Shown here piece by piece: positions 1-9,346 of a stretch of DNA of 64,000 nt. A program made the position numbers and the translations under genes. Every line of letters starts with the position of its first letter. Position 1 is the stretch's first letter. The notes beneath the pieces were generated by a model that saw only the letters and a list, made by a program, of their open reading frames with translations, did not search any database and was not told the origin of the DNA. The DNA comes from an uncultured Bacteriovoracaceae bacterium. GTDB lineage: Bacteria > Bdellovibrionota > Bacteriovoracia > Bacteriovoracales > Bacteriovoracaceae. The DNA lies in contig CAXGUD010000016.1 of assembly GCA_964012805.1 (NCBI GenBank), positions 1-64,000 of the forward strand, read 5' to 3'.

Positions 1-699
1 TGGATTACAGAAGACCAAAGAGATGAAGCCCAGTATAATGGTTATACTGTTGTTGATCTATCAACCGTTATAGCGACTCACTTAACAGAGGTACTAAAGT
101 CCAATTTACATGAGCTATTTGGAAGACAAGAATTAGTTAATGTCCTAGATAATTTTAAAGAACAATACCCGAAAGTGGTAAATGACTTAATCCCAGAAAT
201 ATTACCATTAGGGACAGTTTTATCTGTCGCTAAAAATCTATTGCGTGAAGGCGTTTCTGTAAGGGATTTAAGAACAATTTTAGAATCTCTGTGTGAATAT
301 GGAATTTCTGTGAAGGATGCATCATTACTAACTGAATTTGCTAGACAAGCTCTCTACCGTACGATTTCAGAGAGTGTTAAAAATGCAGAAGATGAAATTC
401 CATTATTTAGTTTGGATAGAAGTTTAGAAGAGTTGATTGTTCAGAATATGGTTGAAACAGAATCAGGGCAGCAATTATCACTTGATCCCCAAATTACTCA
501 AAATATTTTGTCATTGCTAAATGAAAAAATAGAAGAAGCAACAGGTTTAGGAGAAAAAATGGTTCTCCTTTGTTCTCCAGTTGTTAGACCCCATTTTAAA
601 AAATTAACGGAGAAGTTTATACCAAATTTAATTGTTATTAGTCACAACGAACTAGGTCCGGAAACAAAAATTAAATCATTAGGCACAGTGAGGTTATAA
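1..699 (+). CDS. flhA: Flagellar export protein FlhA, C-terminal cytoplasmic part (5' truncated by window)
   Basis: Frame open from base 1 (WITEDQRDEAQYNGYTVVDLSTVIATHLTE...LFGRQE); LLREGVSVRDLRTILE and ISHNEL motifs typical of FlhA; abuts flhF. Confidence 0.96.
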   Translation, partial: WITEDQRDEAQYNGYTVVDLSTVIATHLTEVLKSNLHELFGRQELVNVLDNFKEQYPKVVNDLIPEILPLGTVLSVAKNLLREGVSVRDLRTILESLCEYGISVKDASLLTEFARQALYRTISESVKNAEDEIPLFSLDRSLEELIVQNMVETESGQQLSLDPQITQNILSLLNEKIEEATGLGEKMVLLCSPVVRPHFKKLTEKFIPNLIVISHNELGPETKIKSLGTVRL

Positions 700-2163
700 A
701 TGTTTGTAAGAAAGTTTGAGGCGGATACACTTGAAGAAGCTTTAAAAAGTATTAAAAAAGAATTAGGACCAGATGCAATCATATTAAAGACAATTACTAA
801 TAAAGGTATTAAAGGGGCTTTTAAAAGTAAAAAAATCGAAATAACAGCTGCGATATCAGAAAAAAGCTATGTTAAGAAAACAAGTGTAGACAAAGTTCTT
901 GATGATGAACAGCATGAGAAATTTTACAATAATAATGCAAACTACTTATCAAATATGATTGATAAACACAACCCAAGAAAGGATTTGATAGCCGGTGGTG
1001 GTGAATCGAGGACCGGAGGTTATGGAGATTTAGGCCTCAATAAAAAAGTTAATACTACAAAAAATGGAATAAATCTTTCTTTAGATGATTTTTTGGATTC
1101 AGGTGGAGATAACAAGTCCGAATCTTCCACAACAACTAATCCTAAAGTTGAAGTTAATGAAAAAGTTGAAGGACCTGGCTTGACCTCCAATACAGTAAAT
1201 AATTCGGGTTTTAAGGAAATTATTGAAGAAAGAGATTTTAGTAGTAATGAAAATAAAATGAGGACTCATTCTTATAATACTATTTCAGATAATTTGGAGG
1301 GATTGTTAGAAAACCAGAATGAAAAAATAAAAAATTTGGAAAATACTGTAGATTCAATGAAAAGAGTAATTGAGAACATTTCAGGAAATGAAAGAAAGTA
1401 CTTGAATCATTTGACATCAACATTGAAAACGTTCGACATAAGCCCAGTGTTTATAAATAAAATTATAAAGAAATTGTTATTTGAATTAAGTGATGAAGAA
1501 CTTGAAAATGAAGAATTAATTTTTGATTTTTGTCTAAGAGAAATGACTAAAGAAATACCTTTAAAAATGCCTCTTTTTTCAAAGGTTGATAGTGAAATTG
1601 AGCCTACAATTACGGTTCTTATTTCAGAGACTTCCTGTGGCCAAAGTTCAATGATTAAGAAAATTTGCTCACTTAAGAAAGACTCGGTTCTTATCGATTA
1701 CTCTAAAGATGGCCTTGAAAAAAATGATAATTTTTCTGAAAAGATATTTTTGATTGAAAAAGTTTCAACAAGTAATATCGCTGAGATCGTATCGGTTTCA
1801 AAAAAATCTGTGGAAAAGAATAAGTCAGTTTTCATCGATTTTAGAGTTTCAGAAAATGACGATATAGATATAAAAAGCTTTATAGAAAGTCTTAAGCGAG
1901 TTTTTAAATACGTGGAAATAATTTTATCTGTTTCAGCAATACACTCAGAAAATTATAATAAGAAAATTTTAAATAAGTATAAAAACTTATCGGATGGAAT
2001 TTCAATATCTATGATGGACCTTTGTACTAACTTTGGAACAGTATTTAACTTAAGTGAATTTCAAGTTCCCTTTGTTTTTTTTGGTACAGGGAAAGTTATA
2101 CCAGATGATTTAGAGTCATCTACATCAGAAAGAATTCTTTCAGGGATATTTCAGATTAAATAA
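700..2163 (+). CDS. flhF: FlhF-like SRP-family protein with degenerate GTPase motifs
   Basis: N-terminus MFVRKFEADTLEEALKSIKKELGPDAIILKT and C-terminal FFGTGKVIPDDLE are FlhF-like; lies between flhA and flhG. Confidence 0.88.
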   Translation: MFVRKFEADTLEEALKSIKKELGPDAIILKTITNKGIKGAFKSKKIEITAAISEKSYVKKTSVDKVLDDEQHEKFYNNNANYLSNMIDKHNPRKDLIAGGGESRTGGYGDLGLNKKVNTTKNGINLSLDDFLDSGGDNKSESSTTTNPKVEVNEKVEGPGLTSNTVNNSGFKEIIEERDFSSNENKMRTHSYNTISDNLEGLLENQNEKIKNLENTVDSMKRVIENISGNERKYLNHLTSTLKTFDISPVFINKIIKKLLFELSDEELENEELIFDFCLREMTKEIPLKMPLFSKVDSEIEPTITVLISETSCGQSSMIKKICSLKKDSVLIDYSKDGLEKNDNFSEKIFLIEKVSTSNIAEIVSVSKKSVEKNKSVFIDFRVSENDDIDIKSFIESLKRVFKYVEIILSVSAIHSENYNKKILNKYKNLSDGISISMMDLCTNFGTVFNLSEFQVPFVFFGTGKVIPDDLESSTSERILSGIFQIK

Positions 2164-2178
2164 ATAAAAGGTTTTTAA

Positions 2179-3030
2179 ATGGCTTCAGAAATGGATGTTC
2201 AAAATTGGTTGATTTCACAGAATAGCTCTTATGAGCAGTTTTGTAGCAAGAAACAGAAAAGAAAAGCTTCTACAGTAGCAATTACTTCTGGTAAAGGAGG
2301 AGTTGGGAAAACTACCATATCCCTGAAGATGAGCAAAGTTTTATCGCAAATGGGTTACAAGGTATTATTAATTGATTGTGATTACAACCTATCCAATACA
2401 GTCGTTAAGTTGGGAATACCTGTCAATAATAATTTTTTTAAATATATAAATAAGGAAAAGAGCCTCGATGATTGTATATATAAGGATGGTAATTTCCATT
2501 TAATATCCGGTTGTAATGGAAGCATAGACCTTTTTAATACCGCAGTTAAACTTGAAAATTCAATACTTGAGATACTAGGGACAAAAGAGAGAGACTATGA
2601 TTATATTTTACTAGATAGCCCCGCAGGAATATCGAAAGAAAATCTGATAATAAATGCTTATTGTGATTATCGTATCGTGGTCGTTGTACCTGATAAGTCT
2701 TCTATAACAGATTCTTATTCTCTTATAAAAATATTAAACTTGAATCACGGAATACATTCTAATCACTTGCTGTTAAACAAGATAGCGAATAAGAAGCAAT
2801 ATAATAAAATTGTTAAGAGTTTAGGTGATACGGTCCAAAATTTTATCGATTGTAGACTAAAAATACTTGGAGGTATACCTGCAGAAAAAAATTCCAGTGA
2901 GCTTTTTGAAGAAAAAATTTTCAATACGGAAAAAAATAAGCTTCATGAAAAATTTTGTAATGTCATTAAGAAATTTACCGATGAGGGAGCAATAATGCCA
3001 CGTAATTTAGGTAGGCAAAAATTCTTCTAG
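2179..3030 (+). CDS. flhG: MinD/ParA-family ATPase FlhG (flagellar number regulator)
   Basis: Deviant Walker A SGKGGVGKT, LLIDCD, DSPAG, SITDSYSLIK; between flhF and fliA. Confidence 0.92.
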   Translation: MASEMDVQNWLISQNSSYEQFCSKKQKRKASTVAITSGKGGVGKTTISLKMSKVLSQMGYKVLLIDCDYNLSNTVVKLGIPVNNNFFKYINKEKSLDDCIYKDGNFHLISGCNGSIDLFNTAVKLENSILEILGTKERDYDYILLDSPAGISKENLIINAYCDYRIVVVVPDKSSITDSYSLIKILNLNHGIHSNHLLLNKIANKKQYNKIVKSLGDTVQNFIDCRLKILGGIPAEKNSSELFEEKIFNTEKNKLHEKFCNVIKKFTDEGAIMPRNLGRQKFF

Positions 3031-3041
3031 GAGTTTTCTGG

Positions 3042-3827
3042 ATGTCATCTTTATCTAAAAAATTAAAAAATCTAAAAGATTATAGATGTACTGTAGACCC
3101 TAAAATAAAAAATGAAATTATTGTCGAATATGCTCCATTAATAAAATACATAGCACAAAAAATCGCTTCAAGGCTGCCTTCTAATATTGAATTAGATGAT
3201 TTAATTTCTTGTGGAGTAATTGGTCTTATGGATGCAATTCAAAAATTTGATCCATCAAGAGATAACAAATTTAAAACTTATGCTGAGTTCAGGGTAAGAG
3301 GAGCAATTTTAGATGAATTAAGAGCTCAAGATTGGGTTCCTCGATCAATAAGGGAAAAGGCCAAGCTTGTTGAAAAAACATATGCAAAATTAGAAGTAGT
3401 ATTAGGTAGACCTGCTACTGATGAGGAAATGTGCAATGAGCTTCAGGTTAGTCAGGATGAGTTCTACGATCTTTTAAATAAAGCAAAATCCATTTCCTTA
3501 TTAAATATTGATGATACAGCCTCCTTTAGCAGAGGTGATCGTAAGTTGTTAGCGGGGTTGATGGAAAATAATAAGCAATCGAATCCTTTTTCCGCCGTTG
3601 CTTATAAAAACACTCGTGATAAGATCAAAGAGTGGATTGCGGCTTTGCCTGAAAAGCAAAGACTAGTTCTTTCTTTATATTATTATGAGGACTTGAATCT
3701 TAAAGAAATAGGTCAAGTTCTTGATGTTACGGAGTCTAGAGTTTCGCAACTTCACACACAGGCAATTATTAAGCTAAGGTTGAAACTTAAAAATGTCTTC
3801 GAATCAATGGAAGATCTATCCTGTTAA
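3042..3827 (+). CDS. fliA: RNA polymerase sigma-28 factor FliA/WhiG
   Basis: DDLISCGVIGLMDAIQKFD, FKTYAEFRVRGAILDELRAQDWVPRS, LYYYEDLNLKEIGQVLDVTESRVSQLH. Confidence 0.97.
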   Translation: MSSLSKKLKNLKDYRCTVDPKIKNEIIVEYAPLIKYIAQKIASRLPSNIELDDLISCGVIGLMDAIQKFDPSRDNKFKTYAEFRVRGAILDELRAQDWVPRSIREKAKLVEKTYAKLEVVLGRPATDEEMCNELQVSQDEFYDLLNKAKSISLLNIDDTASFSRGDRKLLAGLMENNKQSNPFSAVAYKNTRDKIKEWIAALPEKQRLVLSLYYYEDLNLKEIGQVLDVTESRVSQLHTQAIIKLRLKLKNVFESMEDLSC

Positions 3828-3834
3828 ATAGCCT

Positions 3835-4794
3835 ATGGTAAATCTGACTAATAAAATTTATGTTGATGGAATAAGAACTCTAGAAGACCTCTACTTTCTT
3901 ATTGATCCTAATCTAGAGCCTGTATTAGAGAAATTACTTTTTCACTTCAACGAATTGAAAAATGAATCTGAAAGAGAATCAGTAGACAGCCCTATTAATT
4001 TAAACCATTTTGATAACATTGCTAAATCTTTTGATAATTACTTAAGAGAAAAGATATATGAATTTTTTCTTTTTAATAAAAATATTTTACAAATAAATTA
4101 TTGTGGCAGAGGAGATGAACTTAATTTCTCAAAATGGGACCAAGTAATTTCGCTAATCAGTGATATTTTTGAAACATTTGATTTCTTTGAGTTTGATAGG
4201 AACTTGAAATTCACTATAGATAGAGATGGAATAAAAGTATCGAGCTCTATTAGCGAAAGCTTTAATTTCAATAAGATTAGACTCAAAATAAAAGAAAAAA
4301 TAAAATTTTTTTCAAAAAACAAAATTCTTCTTACTTTTAAACTTAATGAAACAGTCTATGACGGGATTTTATCTTTCGAGATATTTTTCGATTTTAGTTT
4401 TAATAAACAGCTGTTGTATAAAGTAGATTTTGAAGATGAAAATAATGAAGTGCTTCTCTTTTCAAATATTCTCCCTAACTATATCGTCGATTATAAATTT
4501 TTAGAAAACTTGAGAAAGACAGTTTTTCTTGAAGTTACTGATGATCTTAGGTTAAAACGATTTAACTATCTTCCTTCTTATATTAAGAATGATTTTGCGG
4601 ATAAAGAATTTTTTCATTTCCACTTTCTATTTCATTCAGTTTCACTCATAATACCTAAGAAAGGGAAAGTTTTGCCGATTCGAAATTTGAGTTCTGATTT
4701 CTTTGATGGGAAAATCTATTTTGATGAAAGCAATTTAAATAAAAAGAACAAAGATAAAAAGCTAGTGATAGACCTTTTTTCTTTGATATCGTAA
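3835..4794 (+). CDS. Hypothetical protein, possibly a degenerate CheA-like (HATPase + CheW-like) fold
   Basis: 319-aa ORF 7 bp after fliA; weak by-eye resemblance to CheA P4/P5 segments, no catalytic boxes. Confidence 0.55.
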   Translation: MVNLTNKIYVDGIRTLEDLYFLIDPNLEPVLEKLLFHFNELKNESERESVDSPINLNHFDNIAKSFDNYLREKIYEFFLFNKNILQINYCGRGDELNFSKWDQVISLISDIFETFDFFEFDRNLKFTIDRDGIKVSSSISESFNFNKIRLKIKEKIKFFSKNKILLTFKLNETVYDGILSFEIFFDFSFNKQLLYKVDFEDENNEVLLFSNILPNYIVDYKFLENLRKTVFLEVTDDLRLKRFNYLPSYIKNDFADKEFFHFHFLFHSVSLIIPKKGKVLPIRNLSSDFFDGKIYFDESNLNKKNKDKKLVIDLFSLIS

Positions 4795-4839
4795 TAAAAG
4801 CCATCTCCTAAACTCAATATCCCCTTTCACAGGTTTCGT

Positions 4840-7233
4840 ATGAAAATAAAACTTAGTGGAATATTCTATTATTACTTCATATTTTCCCTCATCTCACTTA
4901 CTTGCATTACTGGTTATGGCGGCTATTTCTTTTGGAAAAAGGGGATGGGTAATTTTGACCTTATAAATAAAGTATTTGAAGCCTCTTATAAGTTTGATGA
5001 AATTAAAGAAAGAAAAGATATTACGAGACTTAAAAACCTTATTGAAAATGATAGATTGAGAGAAAGTATAAAAGTTCTTAATAAATTTGAAACTGATCTT
5101 AAAACTCTAAGTTTTCTAGAAGGACAACAGGAATACTCGGTTAATATAAAAAATAGCATAAGGAAAACGAAGAACTCCATGACGGAACTTCTTTCTTTTC
5201 CAGAGCTCTCTTCAATTATTTTTGTTCTTGGCAAGAAAGTTAACAAATTTGGCGACTTTGTTACCCAAAAACAATGGAGAACCTTGAGTCGGATGACTAA
5301 GATTATGAAAGCTAAAATGGCTCCCGGTAAAATAAAACGACCAGGGTTTTTTAGTTATCAAAAGCTTGAGCGTTTTAGTTATAAAATAAAATTTGATTTA
5401 AGAAGAATGAAAAATATTACAAACTCCTCTTTGTTAAATAGGAATGATAAAAATATCATCCTCGAAAACCTTAAGACTTTGAATACAGAAGTTTTCATGC
5501 TTGAAAGATATCTTGGCTTCTTGAAAAAGTTAATGTCAGAAATTAAGTCTCTAGAAAAGAATTACAAGGTTTGGAATGAGGGGGTCGGTCCTCTTATATC
5601 GTTGCAAAAACTTAACTTTTATAAAAATGCAAAAAACTCTTTAACTTTTATTGTTGGATTATTTTTTGGAACCTTAATATTCCTGTTTCTTGGTATTTTA
5701 TTGAAAAAAGCAAAAAATAAAAAAGATGTCACTAATATTGAAAATATTATTTTGAAATGTATTGGTGAAGGTATTATTCCCCTAAAAAATAGACTTAAGT
5801 ATAACTTTTCCAATCAATTTAAAGAACACTTTAAAAAATATAAGATGTACCTCCATAAGAGGATGGAATTCGGTGCTATTTTCCAAGAAGGAGTTCCCTT
5901 TTCAGGAATACTTATAGATTCAAACCTTAACGTGATTTGGGGTAATAAGTTATTTTACGAAAATTGGGGGCTATTAGATTATAAAGAAAGAAATGAAATA
6001 TTAACCTGGGACTTCTTAAAAAAGTATACGAATTTAGGAGAGAGTACGCCAATTATTTCGGCCCTTAAAGAAAATATAGCTGGAATCTATCAGATCCAAG
6101 TTAAAATAAATTCAGATACAATGCCTTACGAGATGTATGTTTCTCCGATTAATTATGCAGAAAAAATTAAAATTATGATTTTATTTTATCCACTCAGATC
6201 TTTAGAGGAAACTCTCGCAAATCAGACAAAAGCTATTATAGGTCCAGTTTCAAGAAGTTTGGAAGCCCTGATGAGCAATCATTTCAATCCTGTATTTAAA
6301 GAGAATATTAAAAATGATTTTAATGCAGCTGGTATAAATCAATTATTTGATAAGTTTTGTAAATATAATGAGTTTGTTTGTCAGCAGAGAATGGGGTTGC
6401 TCAAGGAAATAGAGAGACTTGAAAATAATCTTTATGATCAGTACAAACTTGTAGATGATTTAACACATGTTTTTAATGAAAAAAGATCTCTTCAAGGAAG
6501 TGTATTGAAAAAATTTGATGATACGAAAAACTCTATTATTGAATTAATTCAGTCGAAAAATGAAATAGAAAGAAGTTCCGAAAATATAATTCATGTTTTT
6601 AAAGAGTTTTTTAATATACAGAGTGGGCTACTTAAAAAATCTAAAGACATAAAAGTTTTATTTGAAGAAAATGAAAAAACATTTTCAAGAGTTTTTCGTC
6701 TAAAGGATAATGTAAAAGAGTTGAGAGTCACTATTTTTGAATTTAGAAATAAAATACTTAGATCTATAGATCAATCGTTAGCTTTTCAGAAATCTGAGAA
6801 TGATTCTTCCAAGCTTGGACAAAGTCTTTCAAAAATAAAGTTAGAGATTAATGGTTTTGATAAAGTCCTCCATAATTTTTCTCAAATAATGACTAATTTA
6901 GATGTTGCTCTTTCAAAAATCCAATTGCTTTTAGAAAATAAAGACCTTCCAAAATTTGATGAAGTTAAAGCTGAGTTCAATCTTGCTAAAAAGAATATAG
7001 ATACTGAATCCTACAATTTAAAGCGGTCCAAGAATGAAAGCGAAGCAAAATCTTCAGAAATGGTTGATCATCTAAAAGTGCTCTATGATAAATTTCTTTT
7101 AACATCTGAAAAACAAAAACAGAGTGAGGAATTAATTGTTTTAAGTCGTAATAATCCCGAGTTTGGCTCCCTCAGTGTTAATCAAATCGATTATGAGACT
7201 AGAAAAAGGTATGGAGAAGAAATAAATATATAG
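4840..7233 (+). CDS. Two-TM membrane protein with periplasmic domain, PAS-like segment and long cytoplasmic coiled coil (MCP-like architecture)
   Basis: Hydrophobic segments at about aa 8-32 and 268-288; GILIDSNLNVIWGNKLF is PAS-like; heptad-rich C-terminal ~300 aa. Confidence 0.6.
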   Translation: MKIKLSGIFYYYFIFSLISLTCITGYGGYFFWKKGMGNFDLINKVFEASYKFDEIKERKDITRLKNLIENDRLRESIKVLNKFETDLKTLSFLEGQQEYSVNIKNSIRKTKNSMTELLSFPELSSIIFVLGKKVNKFGDFVTQKQWRTLSRMTKIMKAKMAPGKIKRPGFFSYQKLERFSYKIKFDLRRMKNITNSSLLNRNDKNIILENLKTLNTEVFMLERYLGFLKKLMSEIKSLEKNYKVWNEGVGPLISLQKLNFYKNAKNSLTFIVGLFFGTLIFLFLGILLKKAKNKKDVTNIENIILKCIGEGIIPLKNRLKYNFSNQFKEHFKKYKMYLHKRMEFGAIFQEGVPFSGILIDSNLNVIWGNKLFYENWGLLDYKERNEILTWDFLKKYTNLGESTPIISALKENIAGIYQIQVKINSDTMPYEMYVSPINYAEKIKIMILFYPLRSLEETLANQTKAIIGPVSRSLEALMSNHFNPVFKENIKNDFNAAGINQLFDKFCKYNEFVCQQRMGLLKEIERLENNLYDQYKLVDDLTHVFNEKRSLQGSVLKKFDDTKNSIIELIQSKNEIERSSENIIHVFKEFFNIQSGLLKKSKDIKVLFEENEKTFSRVFRLKDNVKELRVTIFEFRNKILRSIDQSLAFQKSENDSSKLGQSLSKIKLEINGFDKVLHNFSQIMTNLDVALSKIQLLLENKDLPKFDEVKAEFNLAKKNIDTESYNLKRSKNESEAKSSEMVDHLKVLYDKFLLTSEKQKQSEELIVLSRNNPEFGSLSVNQIDYETRKRYGEEINI

Positions 7234-7878
7234 TTATTTAAAAACTTTTTTTGAAAAAGTCTCAAGACTTTTGTGGAACTCCTCTATACTTTTTGAGTTA
7301 TCTATGAAGTAGTCTGCAAGCTGCTTTTTTTCTTCGATGTCTATCTGACTTTGGATGATTTTTTTTGCAAGGCTTTCTTCTACTTGGTCGCGTTTAACGA
7401 GCCTTTCTATTTGAAGGTCTTTTTTTGCATAGATACATAATGTCATATCAAATTTTGTCTGCAGTTTTTTTTCAAAGAGAAGGGGAACATCATAAATTAC
7501 AAATTTAGGAGAATTAAATTTTTTAAATTTTTCTAAAAATACCTGAGGGATTTGAGCATAAATAAATGATTCAACTTTTGACTTTATGTTTTCTGATGAA
7601 AAAAATAACTTTCTAAGAATTCTGAAATCTATTTTATTATCTTTTGTTACAGCATCTTGAGATAGAGTTTTTATAAATGATACAGATGAGGGGTGAGAGT
7701 AGATACTTTTAACTAAAGCATCTGCACAAATAATCGGACAGCCAATATTATTGAAAAACTTACTTGCAACCGACTTTCCTGTAGCGATACTCCCAGTTAA
7801 ACCGATCAAGGGAACACTTAATTCAAAAAGTCTATCTTTTGGGATGAGTTTGTGTAACTCCGGTTTAATTTCCTTCAT
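7234..7878 (-). CDS. coaE: Dephospho-CoA kinase
   Basis: IGLTGSIATGKS P-loop, ICADAL, YDVPLLFE, ERLVKRD. Confidence 0.95.
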   Translation of the reverse strand: MKEIKPELHKLIPKDRLFELSVPLIGLTGSIATGKSVASKFFNNIGCPIICADALVKSIYSHPSSVSFIKTLSQDAVTKDNKIDFRILRKLFFSSENIKSKVESFIYAQIPQVFLEKFKKFNSPKFVIYDVPLLFEKKLQTKFDMTLCIYAKKDLQIERLVKRDQVEESLAKKIIQSQIDIEEKKQLADYFIDNSKSIEEFHKSLETFSKKVFK

Positions 7879-8663
7879 TGTTTTTTGGCCTTATCCCAAA
7901 AATGATCCATTTCTTTTTGGTTTAGCTCTTCAATTTTATATCCACTATCGCTAATTAAGGATTCCATCAAGCGGAACCTTTTTATAAATTTGTTATTAGA
8001 TTCTCTGAGACATTGCTCTGGATCAATTTCAAGGTGCCTTGCTAATTGAACAGTTGAGAAAAGCAAATCGCCCACTTCTTCTTTAACCCTCTCACGAGAA
8101 ATAGTGGCGGGTGCCAACTCCTCTTTTAACTCTTGCCACTCTTCCTCTACCTTCCAGCTCACTTGGTTGTAGTCTTCCCAGTCAAAGCCTATGTTTTCCG
8201 TAAGTTTACCTATTTTTAAGGCCGATAGCATAGAGGGGTACTTAAGAACATCATCACTAATTAAAGTTTTCTCTTTTGATTCTTTCTTCTCTTGTTCTTT
8301 AATTTTTTTCCAATTTATTGATACTTGCTCAGCTGTAATTGATGGGTCTTTTTCTTTAAAGACGTGAGGGTGTCTTTTAATTAATTTTTCCTTTAAAGTT
8401 CTGCAAATATCTTCAAACTCGAAAGATCCTTCTTGCTCAGAGATTGTTGCGTGGAGTAATACTTGTAATAGGATGTCACCTAACTCCTCTTTCATATGGA
8501 CATTATCTTTACTTTCCACTGCATTTATAAACTCAAAGCTTTCTTCTATTAAATAGGGCAAGAGCGTTAAATGAGTTTGTTTTAGGTCCCATGGACATCC
8601 GTCCTTTGGGTCCCTAAGTTTTTTGACAACTTCTTTTAAACTGTTGAACTCTTTATTTTCCAT
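7875..8663 (-). CDS. mazG: Nucleoside triphosphate pyrophosphohydrolase MazG
   Basis: LRDPKDGCPWDLKQT, EELGDILLQV, RHPHVF, GFDW, EEVGDLLF (tandem MazG domains). Confidence 0.96.
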   Translation of the reverse strand: MENKEFNSLKEVVKKLRDPKDGCPWDLKQTHLTLLPYLIEESFEFINAVESKDNVHMKEELGDILLQVLLHATISEQEGSFEFEDICRTLKEKLIKRHPHVFKEKDPSITAEQVSINWKKIKEQEKKESKEKTLISDDVLKYPSMLSALKIGKLTENIGFDWEDYNQVSWKVEEEWQELKEELAPATISRERVKEEVGDLLFSTVQLARHLEIDPEQCLRESNNKFIKRFRLMESLISDSGYKIEELNQKEMDHFWDKAKKQ

Positions 8664-8704
8664 TTAGATGTCCTTGGGCAATAAATTTCTTTCAAATTGA
8701 TGGT

Positions 8705-9289
8705 TTGTTGTTTAAACAAATAACTATGTTAACTCAAGAAATTACAATAAAAAAAACAAATCTAGTGTATACAGACACTACGCGTCTTAATAAACTTTTG
8801 TATAATCCGTCTGATTTAAAAACAAGACTTATGGTTTCTTTAGAAGTCATTCAAGATTTCTTAATGTCTTCAAAGTCAAATTGTTTAGACTTAGGTCTCT
8901 TTGGTGTATCTCAAATAGAAATTGACTTGACGCTTTGTGGCTCTTACAAAATTAAAAGCCTTAACTCAAACTATAGAAACAAACCAAAAACTACTGACGT
9001 TCTTTCCTTCCCCGTTTATGAATCACTGAGGAGTAATTCAGAATCCTTCATGGAACCAGGTCCTGTTGTGCATCTTGGAGATATTTTTATTTGTAGGGAA
9101 GTGGCTCTTAGGCAGGCGAAGGAATTTAAAATCACTTTTGAAGAAGAGTTTCTTCACTTGTTTATTCACGGTTTTTTACATCTTTGTGGCTTTGATCATG
9201 AAATCTCCAAGGAAGAAGAAGAGTTGATGTTTGATTTGGAAGAAAAGCTTCTAGACAAAATTTCTAAAAAGCTTAGGAAATTAAAATAA
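8705..9289 (+). CDS. ybeY: rRNA maturation endoribonuclease YbeY (start uncertain)
   Basis: YRNKPKTTDVLSFP, LGDIFI, HGFLHLCGFDH zinc motif. Confidence 0.95.
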   Translation: MLFKQITMLTQEITIKKTNLVYTDTTRLNKLLYNPSDLKTRLMVSLEVIQDFLMSSKSNCLDLGLFGVSQIEIDLTLCGSYKIKSLNSNYRNKPKTTDVLSFPVYESLRSNSESFMEPGPVVHLGDIFICREVALRQAKEFKITFEEEFLHLFIHGFLHLCGFDHEISKEEEELMFDLEEKLLDKISKKLRKLK

Positions 9290-9346
9290 GAAGGAATTGA
9301 TTGCTTTGCGGTTTATATTCTTTATTAAGAAACTTAAAGAGGTGGG

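Noticed and set aside
4655..4681. CTAA-N15-GCCGATTC sigma28-like site upstream of the MCP-like gene
   Set aside because: It lies inside a CDS, both boxes are imperfect, and TAAG would give 14-nt spacing; not distinguishable from chance.
1..7233. Visibly lower GC in the flagellar segment as evidence of horizontal transfer
   Set aside because: Core flagellar gene order, no mobility genes or flanking repeats, and similar AT-rich stretches recur elsewhere; GC was not computed.
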